Origin: Polyangiaceae bacterium
Lineage (GTDB): Bacteria > Myxococcota_A > Polyangia > Polyangiales > Polyangiaceae
Length of the DNA stretch: 64,000 bases
Direction: 5' to 3'
NCBI GenBank assembly: GCA_965222375.1
Contig: CBDCTZ010000015.1
Coordinates: forward strand, 1,152,001 to 1,216,000
Position numbers and translations under genes: made by a program. Positions 38,363-54,261 of the stretch are shown piece by piece. A model generated the notes under the pieces. It was not told where the DNA came from, did no database searches, and saw nothing but the letters and a program-made list of their open reading frames with translations. Numbering within the stretch: the first letter of the stretch is position 1; each line of letters opens with the position of its first letter.

Positions 38363-39177
38363 CTACGGCAACTGGAAGGTCACTTCGGGAAACCCACAAG
38401 CCTTCCAGCTGGCTTTGACTTCGGCCAGATTGCTGCACAGGTCACCGGTGAAGCTCGTGTTGTGCGCCGTCTTGATGTTCGGACCTTCGTAGCAAACACC
38501 GCGTTTCCCAGGACTGCCCACGCTCGGCTTGCAGTCCATACTCATGGCAGAGCAACTCTCCAAACACTGGCAGCCGTCGATCGGGCCAACATAGTCGCAG
38601 CGGCTGCATTTCGCTACGCAGGTTCCTACGGTGCCGCCATCACTACAGGCCAACCCGCAGTAGTCCGTCGCGGCTTCGACACAACTGGCGTCCCAGCTGT
38701 CGCAACAGTCAGGATTCACGTTATCGCAGACGCACGCTTGAATACTGGCATCCTTGCAACCACCCGATTTGCTGGTCTGGCAGCAATCGTTTGTCGCTGT
38801 CGCGCCGCCGTCGCTACCTCCAGCCCCTCCCGAACCGCAGGACAGCCCGCAGAGCGTCGTTGCATAGTCGATACAGATTCGCCCCTGGCGGAGCAGCATT
38901 CCGATTCCTGCTGGCATACACACTTCTGGACCTTGGAATCACTACAGCTTTTCGACCCATTGGTTTGACAGCAATCGTTCGTCCCCGTCGCGCCGCTGCC
39001 ACCCGTAGCGCTAGTTCCTCCCGTTGCGCCGGTTCCACCCGTAGCAGCGGCGCCACCCGTAGCGCTGCTACCGCCACCGCCCGGGCTATCGCCACCATCA
39101 CCGCCGCTGCAAGCTCCAGCGCTCGCCAGCGCAAACGCACAGATCACCGCGGAAACTACTGCTCTAGGGTTCGCCAT
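38363..39177 (-). pseudogene. Cys-rich repeat lipoprotein with a 1-nt frameshift near 38880 (real or sequencing error)
   Basis: ORFs 38716-39210 and 38363-38923 join; the first NDCCQT..CVC..CC..C..CGL.C repeat is split across frames. Total length is 1 nt short of a codon multiple. Confidence 0.78.
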
Positions 39178-39212
39178 TGCTGCTCCCGCCACACAGGGCT
39201 GAGCACTCACCG

Positions 39213-39330
39213 TGCAACGGACGTGCCGCTACGTGGAGCGCTCTCGACACAGACTTTTCTCATGCTCCACCTTGGGACGGCGTTACCTCGGCGTAACGCA
39301 CAGACGTCGCGTGTCACCTCGACGTAACGG
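39213..39330 (-). promoter_or_regulatory. Sigma54 promoter with two upstream palindromic sites
   Basis: CGGCACGTCCGTTGCA at 39213-39228; GCGTTAC-N6-GTAACGC at 39280-39299; imperfect copy at 39311-39330. Confidence 0.72.
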
Positions 39331-39780
39331 TACGCCTGTTTCCCTGGGGGACCTCAGAAAACGTCGCGCTGGCCGCTGCCGACCGAGCCTGGCTAGCTGG
39401 AGAGCCCAAGAAGGATACTCTGGGGTGGTTCACCGGCAGGGGTGACACGATCCCGGTGGTCACGCACGCGTGCGTTCATTGCGGCCACCTCGTTTCCTAC
39501 CTGGTACGCGAAGACTGATGCGGTCTAACGCATGAGCAGAGCGCAGACAGCCTCCCGGTACGGGGCGGCGCTACGTCATCTACCGGTGAGCCACCGAATT
39601 GTAATCGGATGTAACCCACAAGGCATGATGCCCCTCCGCCGCTGTCCAACACCTAGCAGGTGGCCAGTGCGGGCTGAACTGTGCAGGTACGCCCCTGGAC
39701 CAAGCGGAATGTAATCGAGAGTAAGGGGAGGTCGTCAAGCGCGCCCGGTACAACCGGACATGATGACGACTTCATGCAAC

Positions 39781-40392
39781 ATGCGATTCCTTTCATCCCT
39801 GTTCCTGCTCAGCACCCTCGCGGCATGCTCGAGTGAAGGCGCCAGCGGAACACCCACTTCTCAGGACGCCGGCGCGGATTCCCCAACTACGGGTTCGGGC
39901 GGCAGCGCGGGTTCGAGTGGCAGTGCTGGCTCGAGCGGCAGCGCGGGTTCGGGTGGCAATGCTGGCTCGAGCGGAAGTGCTGGCTCGAGCGGCAGCGCTG
40001 GCTCGGGTGGCAGTGCTGGTTCGGGTGGCAGTGCTGGTTCGAGTGGCGGCGCCGGCGGAGCGGGTGGTGCGACGAACGCCTGCGCTGCGAAAGCAACGAA
40101 GAAGGCCTGCGACGATTGCTGCAACAGCGATACGGCAGGCGCGAAGAAGTACGCCGAAGTGACCATCGCCTCCTGCCTCTGCAAGCCGGAGTTCTGCGCC
40201 AAGGAATGCGCTGGATTCTGCGCAAGCCCAGGCAACACCGATTTCTCACCTGCGTGCGAGACTTGCTACGGACAGAAGTTTTTTTCGCCCGACTACAAGA
40301 GCTGCCTGAAGACCGCCGAGGCGCAATGCGGAGCTGATCCACTATGCAAGGGGTTTGGGCAGTGCATCACGAGCTGCGTGGGACTTCCATGA
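39781..40392 (+). CDS. Cys-rich lipoprotein with GS-repeat linker
   Basis: LAAC lipobox, (GSSGSA)n linker, Cys-rich C-terminus. Confidence 0.85.
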   Translation: MRFLSSLFLLSTLAACSSEGASGTPTSQDAGADSPTTGSGGSAGSSGSAGSSGSAGSGGNAGSSGSAGSSGSAGSGGSAGSGGSAGSSGGAGGAGGATNACAAKATKKACDDCCNSDTAGAKKYAEVTIASCLCKPEFCAKECAGFCASPGNTDFSPACETCYGQKFFSPDYKSCLKTAEAQCGADPLCKGFGQCITSCVGLP

Positions 40393-41180
40393 CGCGCCCG
40401 CCCACAACCCGGAGAGTCAAGCTACGCTCGTGGGGTCTGGGAGTCCTCATGGCACTTGGCGTGGCTTGCTCCGGCGGCGAGAACAACACCGGAGGCGCAT
40501 CGGGAACGGGCGGCGCGTCCGGGAAGTGTGAATACGCCAGCGACTGCCCAGCATTGCCCGACGGAACGAGCCAGGTATGTGACCCCTCGAATCGAACATG
40601 CGGCAATCAGTGTTTCGAAGACGACGAGTGCCCAAATGGTGGGACATGCGTTAGCCAAGGTGCCGCCGGCGCGTGTTACCCCGCTTGCTCGGTTGGCGGT
40701 GCACCTTGTGCCAACGGCGCCACGTGCGTCCGCTTCAAGCGCTCGCCGCAGGGGTTCTGCCTCTCGCCTGGAGCCGGTCAACCTGATCAGCCGTGCGTTC
40801 AAGCCAGCCTAGTTTCAAGCGGCTGCGCCGCAGGTTACGTGTGCGCGTCGGATTCAGGTACGGCTTTGTGTCGACGGCAGTGCTCTTACTTCAGCGAAGA
40901 CCCCGGATGCCCCGCCGGACAGCTGTGCGGCACCGATGGAGTCTGCAGATCCGAGGCGTACGATCCTGCGTCCCTTGGGGCTGAGTGCCAAGGCAAGTCG
41001 GGGTCCCTTTGCGGCAGCGACGGCAAGGCATGGCGCGGTGTCTGCTACAGTCTGGGTTACCCAACTAAGTGCTCGAAAGTGTGCGAAGCAACCGCCGAAT
41101 GTCCCGGCGAGTTTGGGCACTGCGTCAAGCCTGTGCCTGTTGCCGATGACAACATAGGAGCCTGTGTTTCCACGGGCTGA
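40389..41180 (+). CDS. Cys-rich lipoprotein
   Basis: ATGA overlap, GVAC lipobox, many Cys repeats. Confidence 0.85.
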   Translation: MTRPPTTRRVKLRSWGLGVLMALGVACSGGENNTGGASGTGGASGKCEYASDCPALPDGTSQVCDPSNRTCGNQCFEDDECPNGGTCVSQGAAGACYPACSVGGAPCANGATCVRFKRSPQGFCLSPGAGQPDQPCVQASLVSSGCAAGYVCASDSGTALCRRQCSYFSEDPGCPAGQLCGTDGVCRSEAYDPASLGAECQGKSGSLCGSDGKAWRGVCYSLGYPTKCSKVCEATAECPGEFGHCVKPVPVADDNIGACVSTG

Positions 41181-41395
41181 TCAATAGCCGGAGCCCAGCT
41201 TCAGCGCGTCGTGGTTGCTCCCGGCGACGAACGCCTTGTTGACGTTTGCGCGCGCTGAGGCATGTCCGTACAGTTGCTCAAACTCTAGTCGTATCGATTG
41301 ATGACGACGGCGCCTCCCTTCGTCGCCTCGAAACGCGAGCTCGCGTCCCGCGGTTACGATGAGGCACAAATCCGGCACAGCCCCAAAAAACAAAC

Positions 41396-43807
41396 TCAGT
41401 AGACTGGGTCTGGGGCTGTTTCTTCGAGAGGTTCTTCGGTGGGCTCGTCGGCGCCCTCGGGGGGAACGCGGGGTGAGTAGGGCACTTTGAAGGTCACTTG
41501 TTCTTGCAACGCGTCTTCGAGTTCGGCTTCGGTGACACGGCGGATGCGCACGCCAATGCGCATGAGTTTGCGCAGATAGCCCATCCAACCGGGAGTCACC
41601 TGGCCGTCGGCGCCGAAGTAGTGGCGCTTCGGACTCGGCAGGACACTGGCAAGGTAGAGCGCCTGACCCAGTGACAGCTGGTGGGGCGCGGCGTTGAAGT
41701 AGTAGGCGGCGGCGGAGCCGATACCGTAGATGCCGGGGCCGAACTCGATGACGTTCAGGTACAGCTCCATCATTTCGTCTTTGGTCAGCTGCTGCTCGAG
41801 CAACATGGTCAAGACGGCTTCTTGGAGTTTGCGGGAGATTGTCTTCTCGCGGGGCAAGTACAGGTTCTTTGCAAGCTGCATGCTGATGGTGCTCGCGCCC
41901 CGGAGGAAGCGGCCGGCCTTGAGGTTCTCGCGGATCGAATTGCGGATCGCCTCCTGATCGAAGCCGCTGTGGGCGTAGAAGCGCCCGTCTTCGCAGATGA
42001 GAACGGCCGTATCCATGTGCTTGGAGATGACGTGACGCGGCGCCCAGTTCGGCGCACCGGGGCCGCTTCGGATTTGCACCAGGCTGCCATCTGCGCCGCG
42101 CACTTCGCGGGTCCAAGAAGCCTTGAAGCGTTGCGGCGACACATCCGGCGGAGTGGCGGTGATGCGGCACTCGTTGCCCACATTCCATTTCGTGACCACA
42201 TCGGCGGGCTTGTCCGTGTCCAGCTCCAGCCGACCCGTCAGAGAAAAGGTGCCCGTCGCTTTCATACCCGTGAGCAAGGGCGCCAACCCTTCAGGCAACG
42301 AGTTGAGCATCGCCTGACAGGACGCCAGCGGCACTCCGCCCTCGAGAATGATCTCCGCGCGCTCGCCCTTGTCGGTGGCTGAGCGCTTGATGAATCCCTT
42401 GGCCTCGGCGCGCAGCTTGCCCAGGTGGATCTCACCTTCTTCGATGTCGAGACGGGAACCATCGAGAACGGCGGAACCGCGACCTCGAAAGCCCACCGCC
42501 AATTGACGCACAGGCCCCCGGGCTAGCCACCTTTGAAAAATATCCAGCTTTGCCAACTTGCCGTGACCGAAGCCTTGGATCTTCTTGCCTTCGGCGTCGA
42601 TGCGCAGGGTCGCGTTGGCTTCCAACGTGGCTTCCTTGACGTTCTTGATGCCCAGGTCGCCTTTCTCCATGCCCAGCGCGGCGAGGGGAACCGGGCCTCC
42701 GGCAATCGCCAATTCGACCACGCCCTTGGCGAGGGGCAACTTGAGCGCGACCTTCAAGGGCTGGGTTGCTTCTGCGGCGGGGGCGACGCGGAGCGAGGCG
42801 TTCTTGCCATCGTGCTTCACGCTCACTCGCGCCGGGCCCAGCGCCAAACGCTGACCGCGGTGATTGAGGCGCAGCTTCACGCCATCCAAGTCGACTTCGC
42901 CGTCCGGTGGCAGCGCGGTCACGATGATGTTGGCGAGTTCTGAGAACGCCCGTCGCACGCGCTTGCCACGAGCCTCGTCGAGAGGCACGTAGCGCGAAAG
43001 CGCCGAGGGCTCTTTGGCCTTGCCTTCTTTCGCTTTCGGCTTGGCTTTGGTTTTTGGGTCTGGGGAGCTTTGTCGCTCCTTGTTTGGCGCCGGCGGAGTC
43101 TCTGCAGCAACACGTCGCAGGCGCGCAGCTTTGGACGTGTCCAAGGCGACCAGCATCGAGCCGACGCCCAGGCGACGCAGCTTTCGCTTCGAGTCCAATT
43201 CGACTCGGGCGGCAGAGGCGCTCAGGGCAACGCCTTCGTGCACTACCCGCACCAGATCTGCCGCGATGTCTTCGCCTTCGGCGCTTCGCGTGTAGCGAAC
43301 GCCCCAAGCGTGTTGAGGCTCGGCGCCCGGAGACAGCTCGTTCCACACAACGTCGATGCCCTCGATGACGATGTCCCGCCGAGTGCCCCCCGCACTGCCA
43401 CCTTTGGCGCGGCTGGCGCGGTAGTCGGCGAGCTGTCGGCGGACGTCCTCGGGCGATCCGGTGACATGCACTTTGCCGCCGTGCACCTTGACGCTGCGCG
43501 CTTTCATCAGCGCGCTGACTTGCACCTCCACGGCCTGGAGCTCGACCTGGACTGCCGGCACTTCGGGCAACTCGACCTTGACGCCTCGAAGCCAAACTCG
43601 ACCGCTACCGGGCCGAACCGTGTCGATGCTGAGCTCCAGCCCACGTTTGGCAGCGACGGACTGCGCCTTGGAACGGACAGCCGGCGCGAAGCCAAGGGCG
43701 GCGACGAGCACGAGAGACAACCCCGTGACGCCCGCAATGCCCGCGATTTTGTGCCCGCGTTTCATACGCGGCCACAAGCCTAGCGCCGCTGACAAAACCC
43801 GGCCCAT
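41396..43807 (-). CDS. Biosynthetic peptidoglycan transglycosylase (GT51) with long N-terminal extension and no transpeptidase domain
   Basis: EDGRFYAH.G.D, GASTISMQLAKN, RKLQE, KDEMMELYLN. Confidence 0.88.
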   Translation of the reverse strand: MGRVLSAALGLWPRMKRGHKIAGIAGVTGLSLVLVAALGFAPAVRSKAQSVAAKRGLELSIDTVRPGSGRVWLRGVKVELPEVPAVQVELQAVEVQVSALMKARSVKVHGGKVHVTGSPEDVRRQLADYRASRAKGGSAGGTRRDIVIEGIDVVWNELSPGAEPQHAWGVRYTRSAEGEDIAADLVRVVHEGVALSASAARVELDSKRKLRRLGVGSMLVALDTSKAARLRRVAAETPPAPNKERQSSPDPKTKAKPKAKEGKAKEPSALSRYVPLDEARGKRVRRAFSELANIIVTALPPDGEVDLDGVKLRLNHRGQRLALGPARVSVKHDGKNASLRVAPAAEATQPLKVALKLPLAKGVVELAIAGGPVPLAALGMEKGDLGIKNVKEATLEANATLRIDAEGKKIQGFGHGKLAKLDIFQRWLARGPVRQLAVGFRGRGSAVLDGSRLDIEEGEIHLGKLRAEAKGFIKRSATDKGERAEIILEGGVPLASCQAMLNSLPEGLAPLLTGMKATGTFSLTGRLELDTDKPADVVTKWNVGNECRITATPPDVSPQRFKASWTREVRGADGSLVQIRSGPGAPNWAPRHVISKHMDTAVLICEDGRFYAHSGFDQEAIRNSIRENLKAGRFLRGASTISMQLAKNLYLPREKTISRKLQEAVLTMLLEQQLTKDEMMELYLNVIEFGPGIYGIGSAAAYYFNAAPHQLSLGQALYLASVLPSPKRHYFGADGQVTPGWMGYLRKLMRIGVRIRRVTEAELEDALQEQVTFKVPYSPRVPPEGADEPTEEPLEETAPDPVY

Positions 43808-43858
43808 CTCCGTGCAAGAAACGCTTCGGTATCGAAGATTCTTCCGGAAAATTCGGGC

Positions 43859-44466
43859 CTAGGCGGCCCCCGCGTCCTCGACTTCCAGCAGGGGCTGACC
43901 GGTCTCTACGTCGGCACCGTCCTCCACCAAGATCTTCAGCACGCGTGCCCGTTCAGGCAGATCCGGGAAGTCGTAGGTGATGCGGTTGAACGTCTTCATG
44001 ACTTCCAGCAGAGCAATGGGGCTGCCCTCGGTCAGGATTTGCCCCACTGCTACGAAGGGCGGCTTACCCGGCGCGGGGCGAGTATAGAAGCGGCCGCTCG
44101 ACGGTGCCACGACGTGCAACCCGGCGCTGACTTCTCGCTCGTGCTCGCCCGCGGCCTGGGACCCGAGGGTAGCGCTGGGGTCGAGTTCGAACAGGGCATC
44201 GCCAAACCCGACCGCGCGGCGCGCAAGGGGTGACGCCGGCTCGCTCACGACCAGGCCATGGGCCGTCGCGTCGCTGTGCAGCAGGTGCAGCACGCCGAGA
44301 ACTTCGAGCTCTCCGATCTGCGCATGGGCATGCACCAACTGGCCCTTCGACGGGCCGCCCCGGAACAACCCCGGCCTTGGCGCAATGACGACAAGCTTGT
44401 CGTCCACGCGACGCGTCGGTGCGACGAGTATCTTCTCGAAAACCCGGCCGTCAGCAGCACCAGACA

Positions 44467-44467
<1 letters not shown>
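43859..44467 (-). CDS. Biotin carboxyl carrier protein
   Basis: APSSGRFY..PFV..EVMKTFN biotinylation motif. Confidence 0.85.
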
Positions 44468-46197
<1,730 letters not shown>

Positions 46198-46301
46198 GCT
46201 CGTGTCTGTATACCTAATCCGGCGCCCGATGCGGAGGGGGCGTCGCCTTCCGGCGTATCTCTCGACGGACAGCGGATATCGAGCATAATCCTGACAGCAA
46301 C

Positions 46302-47222
46302 GTGGTTTCCTTTCTTTCCGTATTGGCGGTCGCGGCTTTGGCCGTGTCCTGTTCTTCGAAGAGTCAAACCAAGACTGTGCCCGCCTCGGGCGGTTCCGGC
46401 GGAGCTTCGGGCGCCTCGGGCGCGGGCGGCAACAGCGGCTCGAGTGGTGCGGGTGGTAGCGCGGGATCGAGTGGCTCAGGTGGGGCGAGCGGCTCGGGTG
46501 GGGCGAGCGGGGCAAGTGGTTCGGGTGGTAGCGCGGGATCGAGTGGCGCCGCTGGAACAGGCGGCACGCCCAACGATCTCGCGGGGCTCAGCGACGAGTT
46601 CAACGTGGGAGTTCTGGATACGAAGTGGAGCCTGGTGAACGCCAACCTGTTGAACAACACTCCGTTGATGCCAACTGGATCGGAGCTATCTCTCATTCCG
46701 GCGAACTCCGTCTGGTTCAACGACCGGGCAGGGCCCCTGGTCTATCAGAACGTCACGGGGGATTTTCACATCACGACCGAAGTCAGCGTCAGCGCGGCGG
46801 ACGGCTCGGCACTCGGCCCGCTGGGTACTCATTGGGCGGGCCTGATGCTGCGTTCCACCCACTCCTCGATGGAGAATCATCTGCACATCGTGATCGGCCG
46901 GAACCAAAGCAACCAGGGCTTCATCAGTCTGGAGCGGTCTTCCGCCACCAACGAGGTCTCCGACTACGCTTCGGTCATGTGGAGTGGCCCTACCGCTGAG
47001 CTGAGGCTGTGCCGCTTCGGCGCTCTCGTGAACTTCTACCAGCGCGTCACCGGCACACAGACCTGGAATCTGCACTTTTCGGTGGCCCGATCGGACTTTG
47101 GCGGAACGATTCAGGCCGGGCCCGTCGCACATGCCTGGCAGCCCATCCCTGATCTGCGTGCGGAATTCGAGTACGTGCGGTACCGACGCATCAGTTCCGC
47201 TGCCGAGTGCACTCTGGACTGA
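46302..47222 (+). CDS. Lipoprotein with concanavalin A/DUF1349-like beta-sandwich
   Basis: AVSC lipobox, GS linker, LSDEF..VTGDF..AGLMLR pattern. Confidence 0.75.
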   Translation: MVSFLSVLAVAALAVSCSSKSQTKTVPASGGSGGASGASGAGGNSGSSGAGGSAGSSGSGGASGSGGASGASGSGGSAGSSGAAGTGGTPNDLAGLSDEFNVGVLDTKWSLVNANLLNNTPLMPTGSELSLIPANSVWFNDRAGPLVYQNVTGDFHITTEVSVSAADGSALGPLGTHWAGLMLRSTHSSMENHLHIVIGRNQSNQGFISLERSSATNEVSDYASVMWSGPTAELRLCRFGALVNFYQRVTGTQTWNLHFSVARSDFGGTIQAGPVAHAWQPIPDLRAEFEYVRYRRISSAAECTLD

Positions 47223-47253
47223 CTGCGCCCGACGTTGGAGCCGCGAGAGTCGG

Positions 47254-48618
47254 CTACGCGGGTGCCGGGGGCCAACCCGGGATGCCGCTGGTATCGTAGT
47301 TTCCGCTTTGGAAGTCGGGGCTGCCGAGCACGGAGAGGTGCATCAGAATGGTGGTGTCCACGCCTTCGCATTTGATAGCTGAGAGCGCGGCAATCATGTT
47401 GGCGATGGCGGCTTTGCGGTCGTCACCCCGAGTAATCACCTTGCAGATCAGGCTGTCGTAGTGAGGCGGCACCACGTAGCCACTCTGCACGTGGGTATCG
47501 ATGCGGAGCTCGGGTCCTTGCTCCGGCGTTTCCCAGCGCGTGATCTCGCCGGGGCTGGGTCGGAAATCTTGATTCGGGTCTTCGGCATTGATCCGGCACT
47601 CGATGGCATGGCCGGTGAACTCGATGTCCGCCTGCTTCAGGTCGAGGGGGTGCCCGGCGGCGACCAACAGCTGCTCTTTGACGAGATCCACGTCCGTGCG
47701 CATCTCGCTCACCGTGTGTTCCACCTGCAAGCGCGTGTTCATTTCCATGAAGCGCAGCATGCCGTGATCGTCTTGGAGGAACTCCATGGTGCCCGCGCCG
47801 ACATAGCCGATGGACGCCGTGGCCGCTCGGGCCAGCTCGAGCACGCGTGCCCGTTCGGCCAGCGACAGCGCCGGAGACGGCGATTCCTCGATCAGCTTCT
47901 GGTGCTTGCGCTGAACCGTGCAGTCCCGCTCGCCGAGGTGCACCACGTTGCCGTATTTATCCGCCAAAACCTGGATCTCGATGTGGCGCCCCTTTTCGAT
48001 CAGGCGCTCGACGTAGACGCGAGCATCTCCGAACGCACCCTGAGCTTCTTGCTGCGCACTGTTGAAGGCTTCTGCGAGCTCTTCCTTGGCGCGGGCAATG
48101 CGCATGCCACGGCCGCCACCGCCACTTTCCGCTTTGATCAGCATGGGGAAGCCGATGTGATCGGCAACGGCCTCGAGTTCGGCCAGGTCTTTCAGCACGC
48201 CGTCACTTCCAGGGATCAAGTCGAGCCCAGCCGCAGCCATGGCGCGCTTCGCCGGGGTCTTCTTGCCCATCAGGTGCATCACATGCGCTGGCGAACCGAT
48301 GAACGCGATGCCGTGTGCCTCGCACATGGCGGCAAATCGCGGGTTCTCCGACAAGAAGCCCCAACCGGGATGCAGCGCCGTACACCCGCTCTGTTTGGCC
48401 GCTTGCAGCGCGCGTTCTGGATCCAGGTAGCTCAGCGAGGACCGCGCCGGACCGAGGCAAACGGTTTCCCGCCCTTGGGTGTAGGTGGCGTCCCGGTCCG
48501 CTTCGGAGACGGCTAGCACCGGCGTGATTCCCATCGCCTCGCAGGCACGCGCAACGCGGACAGCTACTTCACCGCGATTGGCAATGAAGACCTTCTTGAA
48601 CAGAGCTGAGGCCGTCAT
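47254..48618 (-). CDS. accC: Biotin carboxylase
   Basis: IANRGEVA, HPGWGFLSEN, GGGGRGM, EMNTRLQVEH, HYDSLICK. Confidence 0.93.
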   Translation of the reverse strand: MTASALFKKVFIANRGEVAVRVARACEAMGITPVLAVSEADRDATYTQGRETVCLGPARSSLSYLDPERALQAAKQSGCTALHPGWGFLSENPRFAAMCEAHGIAFIGSPAHVMHLMGKKTPAKRAMAAAGLDLIPGSDGVLKDLAELEAVADHIGFPMLIKAESGGGGRGMRIARAKEELAEAFNSAQQEAQGAFGDARVYVERLIEKGRHIEIQVLADKYGNVVHLGERDCTVQRKHQKLIEESPSPALSLAERARVLELARAATASIGYVGAGTMEFLQDDHGMLRFMEMNTRLQVEHTVSEMRTDVDLVKEQLLVAAGHPLDLKQADIEFTGHAIECRINAEDPNQDFRPSPGEITRWETPEQGPELRIDTHVQSGYVVPPHYDSLICKVITRGDDRKAAIANMIAALSAIKCEGVDTTILMHLSVLGSPDFQSGNYDTSGIPGWPPAPA

Positions 48619-48682
48619 GGGCGGCACCGTATCATGAAGCGGCGGCCGTCCGACGGCTGGCCGGTCTCCCGATCCGCAGGCT

Positions 48683-50824
48683 CTACTGAACGCCGTACAC
48701 TCGGGCGTAGCCGGTGCCAGAGCCAAATGAGGTCGGCTGCGCGTCAATCAGACGCTGGTAGTGCAGCTGCGACACGCCGTCATTGTTGCCTCGCCCGAAT
48801 ACCAAGGCTGCGGAGTCCGGCGTCCAGCTGACGTACTCGGGTCGCGGAAGTTTGTCAGCAAGCTGTACCAACGACGCTGCGGTGCTGCCGATCGCGGAGA
48901 TCCGAGGGCCTTGGGGGCTCGCGGTGATCAGCGAGATTGAATTGCCGTCGGGCGATGTGCGCAAGCGGACTGGCGCACTGCCACTGTCGTGTATGCGCGT
49001 GGCCTTTGCAGGCGCGTTTTGATCGAAGGTGTGCAGGCCGAAATTCGTGGTGCCAATGTCGCGCACACTGACCCAAATTCGACCGCCGGCCGCAGCCGCC
49101 AAGGCGTCGTTGTTCATGCCAGCGGAGTATTGCGCACCCGTGACTACCTCCACGATAGCTGCGGTGCTCGTATTGACCGCCACCAGGTCGCGGTCGAGGG
49201 GCGCGACTGTTCTGCGGCGACTGAAGAATATGTGGGCGCCGTTTTGCGCGTGCCATTCCAGGTTCCAAGTCAGCGTGCCGGGGCCCCAGGGTGCGCTGGT
49301 TTCGACCGCGCTCTTGCTAAGGTTGACCAGCGTGCTGGTCGTGCGGTCAAAGGTGAAGAGATCACCGTGGTTGCTCCCGTCGTCAGCGGCGATGAGCAGC
49401 ACGGTGTCGCTGAGCCAAATCAGGTGGCGGAACCGGGTGATCGTCGCCTTCATTCGCGCCAGCGTGTTGATCTGAATGGGCGTACCCGTCCCGGTCGTAT
49501 CCACCACATACAGCTCACGTACGCTTGCGTTGAGCTTGGTGTACGCGGCGGCGGCGCCGGTTGGCGAGAGTGCGAAGTGTGGGGGGCTGGAGAACTGCGG
49601 CACATCGTAGTTCCCTGCGCTCTTGGTCACGTTCACCGCGGCGAGGCTGGTGGTGTCGACCATGATCACGTCGAGGTTCGTCTTGGCCGTGCCGGCCAAA
49701 AGAGCGAGCTTCTTGCCATCGGCGCTCAAAGCCATCGCCGGCTCGGCCCAGGTTTGCGCTGACCCGCCCACCGTCGGCAGCGTGAGGGTCGTACCTGGGG
49801 AGGTACCGTCAAGAGGCGCGTAGTTGAGAAAGCGTTTGCCTCCGCCGGCGCCATTGTCGACGAACCAGACGCGACCTGCGGCGTAGACCGCGCTGCCGCC
49901 GATCGCGATCGTGCCCGGGCCCTTGATCACTGCTGAGTATTGGTTGTTGGCGAACTTCTGGCCGTCCGTGCGTAGCAAGTGGACTTCGGCTGAAGGGCCG
50001 CCCAGTGCGGTCATGACGAGCGCACGCTTGCCATCGGGCGCTACCGAGATGAGTACGTTGGCGAAGGAGCCCGCAAGGTCGCCGGATATCAGCTTCACCG
50101 CAGTGTTGCCACCCAGCAGTGCAATACCTCTGTCGGTGCTGGGAGCCGGCTCCTGGTAGGACAGGAGGCGCGTCCCTCCTGGCAGCTTGTACGCCCTGTC
50201 CGCGAACAGGAAGTCGTAATAGGGCCGATCGGGTCGTGCCGGGCTCTCACCGACTCGGAACGAATACGAGAACCCACCCGGGTCGATCTTCGCCGGGAAA
50301 CCGCTAACCGCCGTCAAGTTGCTCCCATCGGTGTCGATCGTGCTCAGCGTGATTTCGGCGCCATTGGCCGTACCCACTGAGTGCAGCACGTTGTAGACCT
50401 TGGGCGGTGGCGCGTCGGCCGGAGCGTCTGTGCTCCCGTCCGTCGCCGCGTCCCCACTTGCATCCGCGCTCGCATCTGCGCTTGCGTCAGCACTCGCATC
50501 GCCGCCCGCGTCCGCTCCACCGCTGCCACTGGCGCCACTCGAGCCCCCGCTCCCACTGGCACCACTCGAGCCCCCGCTCCCACTGGCACCACTCGAGCCG
50601 CCGGTGCCACTCGTACCGCCGCTGCCACTCGTGCCACCCGTGCCGCCTGTCCCGCTCGTACCGCCGGCCGTGGAGTCGGCCGCTGCATCGCCGCTCGCAC
50701 CACCACCGCCTGGCGAACCCGAGTCGTCATCGCTGCCGCAACCCGGTGCTGAGACAACCAAGACCGCCAGGGTAGCGGCACATGCAGACGAGGCGATGAA
50801 ACGGGGAAGGCTGGATTGGGCCAC
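48683..50824 (-). CDS. Lipoprotein with GS linker and TolB-like beta-propeller
   Basis: AAGGAG RBS, GTG start, APGC lipobox, repeated SPDG/APDG/SADG blades. Confidence 0.8.
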   Translation of the reverse strand: MAQSSLPRFIASSACAATLAVLVVSAPGCGSDDDSGSPGGGGASGDAAADSTAGGTSGTGGTGGTSGSGGTSGTGGSSGASGSGGSSGASGSGGSSGASGSGGADAGGDASADASADASADASGDAATDGSTDAPADAPPPKVYNVLHSVGTANGAEITLSTIDTDGSNLTAVSGFPAKIDPGGFSYSFRVGESPARPDRPYYDFLFADRAYKLPGGTRLLSYQEPAPSTDRGIALLGGNTAVKLISGDLAGSFANVLISVAPDGKRALVMTALGGPSAEVHLLRTDGQKFANNQYSAVIKGPGTIAIGGSAVYAAGRVWFVDNGAGGGKRFLNYAPLDGTSPGTTLTLPTVGGSAQTWAEPAMALSADGKKLALLAGTAKTNLDVIMVDTTSLAAVNVTKSAGNYDVPQFSSPPHFALSPTGAAAAYTKLNASVRELYVVDTTGTGTPIQINTLARMKATITRFRHLIWLSDTVLLIAADDGSNHGDLFTFDRTTSTLVNLSKSAVETSAPWGPGTLTWNLEWHAQNGAHIFFSRRRTVAPLDRDLVAVNTSTAAIVEVVTGAQYSAGMNNDALAAAAGGRIWVSVRDIGTTNFGLHTFDQNAPAKATRIHDSGSAPVRLRTSPDGNSISLITASPQGPRISAIGSTAASLVQLADKLPRPEYVSWTPDSAALVFGRGNNDGVSQLHYQRLIDAQPTSFGSGTGYARVYGVQ

Positions 50825-50893
50825 GGGCAACTCCTTGAGCAGTGCGCAAGTTGAACAAGCGCAGCACGGCATAACAGCGAACTGGCGAAATAC

Positions 50894-50935
50894 AAAAAGC
50901 AAAAGGCCCTGAAACACCTTGTTTCAGGGCCTTTT
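50894..50935 (-). terminator. rRNA operon terminator
   Basis: AAAAGGCCCTGAAAC / GTTTCAGGGCCTTTT hairpin with T tracts just past 5S. Confidence 0.85.
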
Positions 50936-50944
50936 GGGGCAATT

Positions 50945-51062
<118 letters not shown>

Positions 51063-51244
51063 AATTTTGGGCGTCCAAACAGCTTTGTGTTGCTGCGTCG
51101 CAAGATGCGACAACCGTTGGTAATCACTAGCTCGTGTACCAATGCACAGTACGTCAATGACGTACTCGGTCCGTTCGACGATTCTCGATTGCTCGAGTTC
51201 GTCAGCCCGACTCCGGGCTTGAACTACAAGTGTGCCTTAGAGAG

Positions 51245-54261
<3,017 letters not shown>

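Noticed and set aside
41181..42188. 335-aa minus-strand ORF
   Set aside because: Mostly an alternate frame of the transglycosylase gene; only the last ~40 codons look protein-like, which is too little to call.
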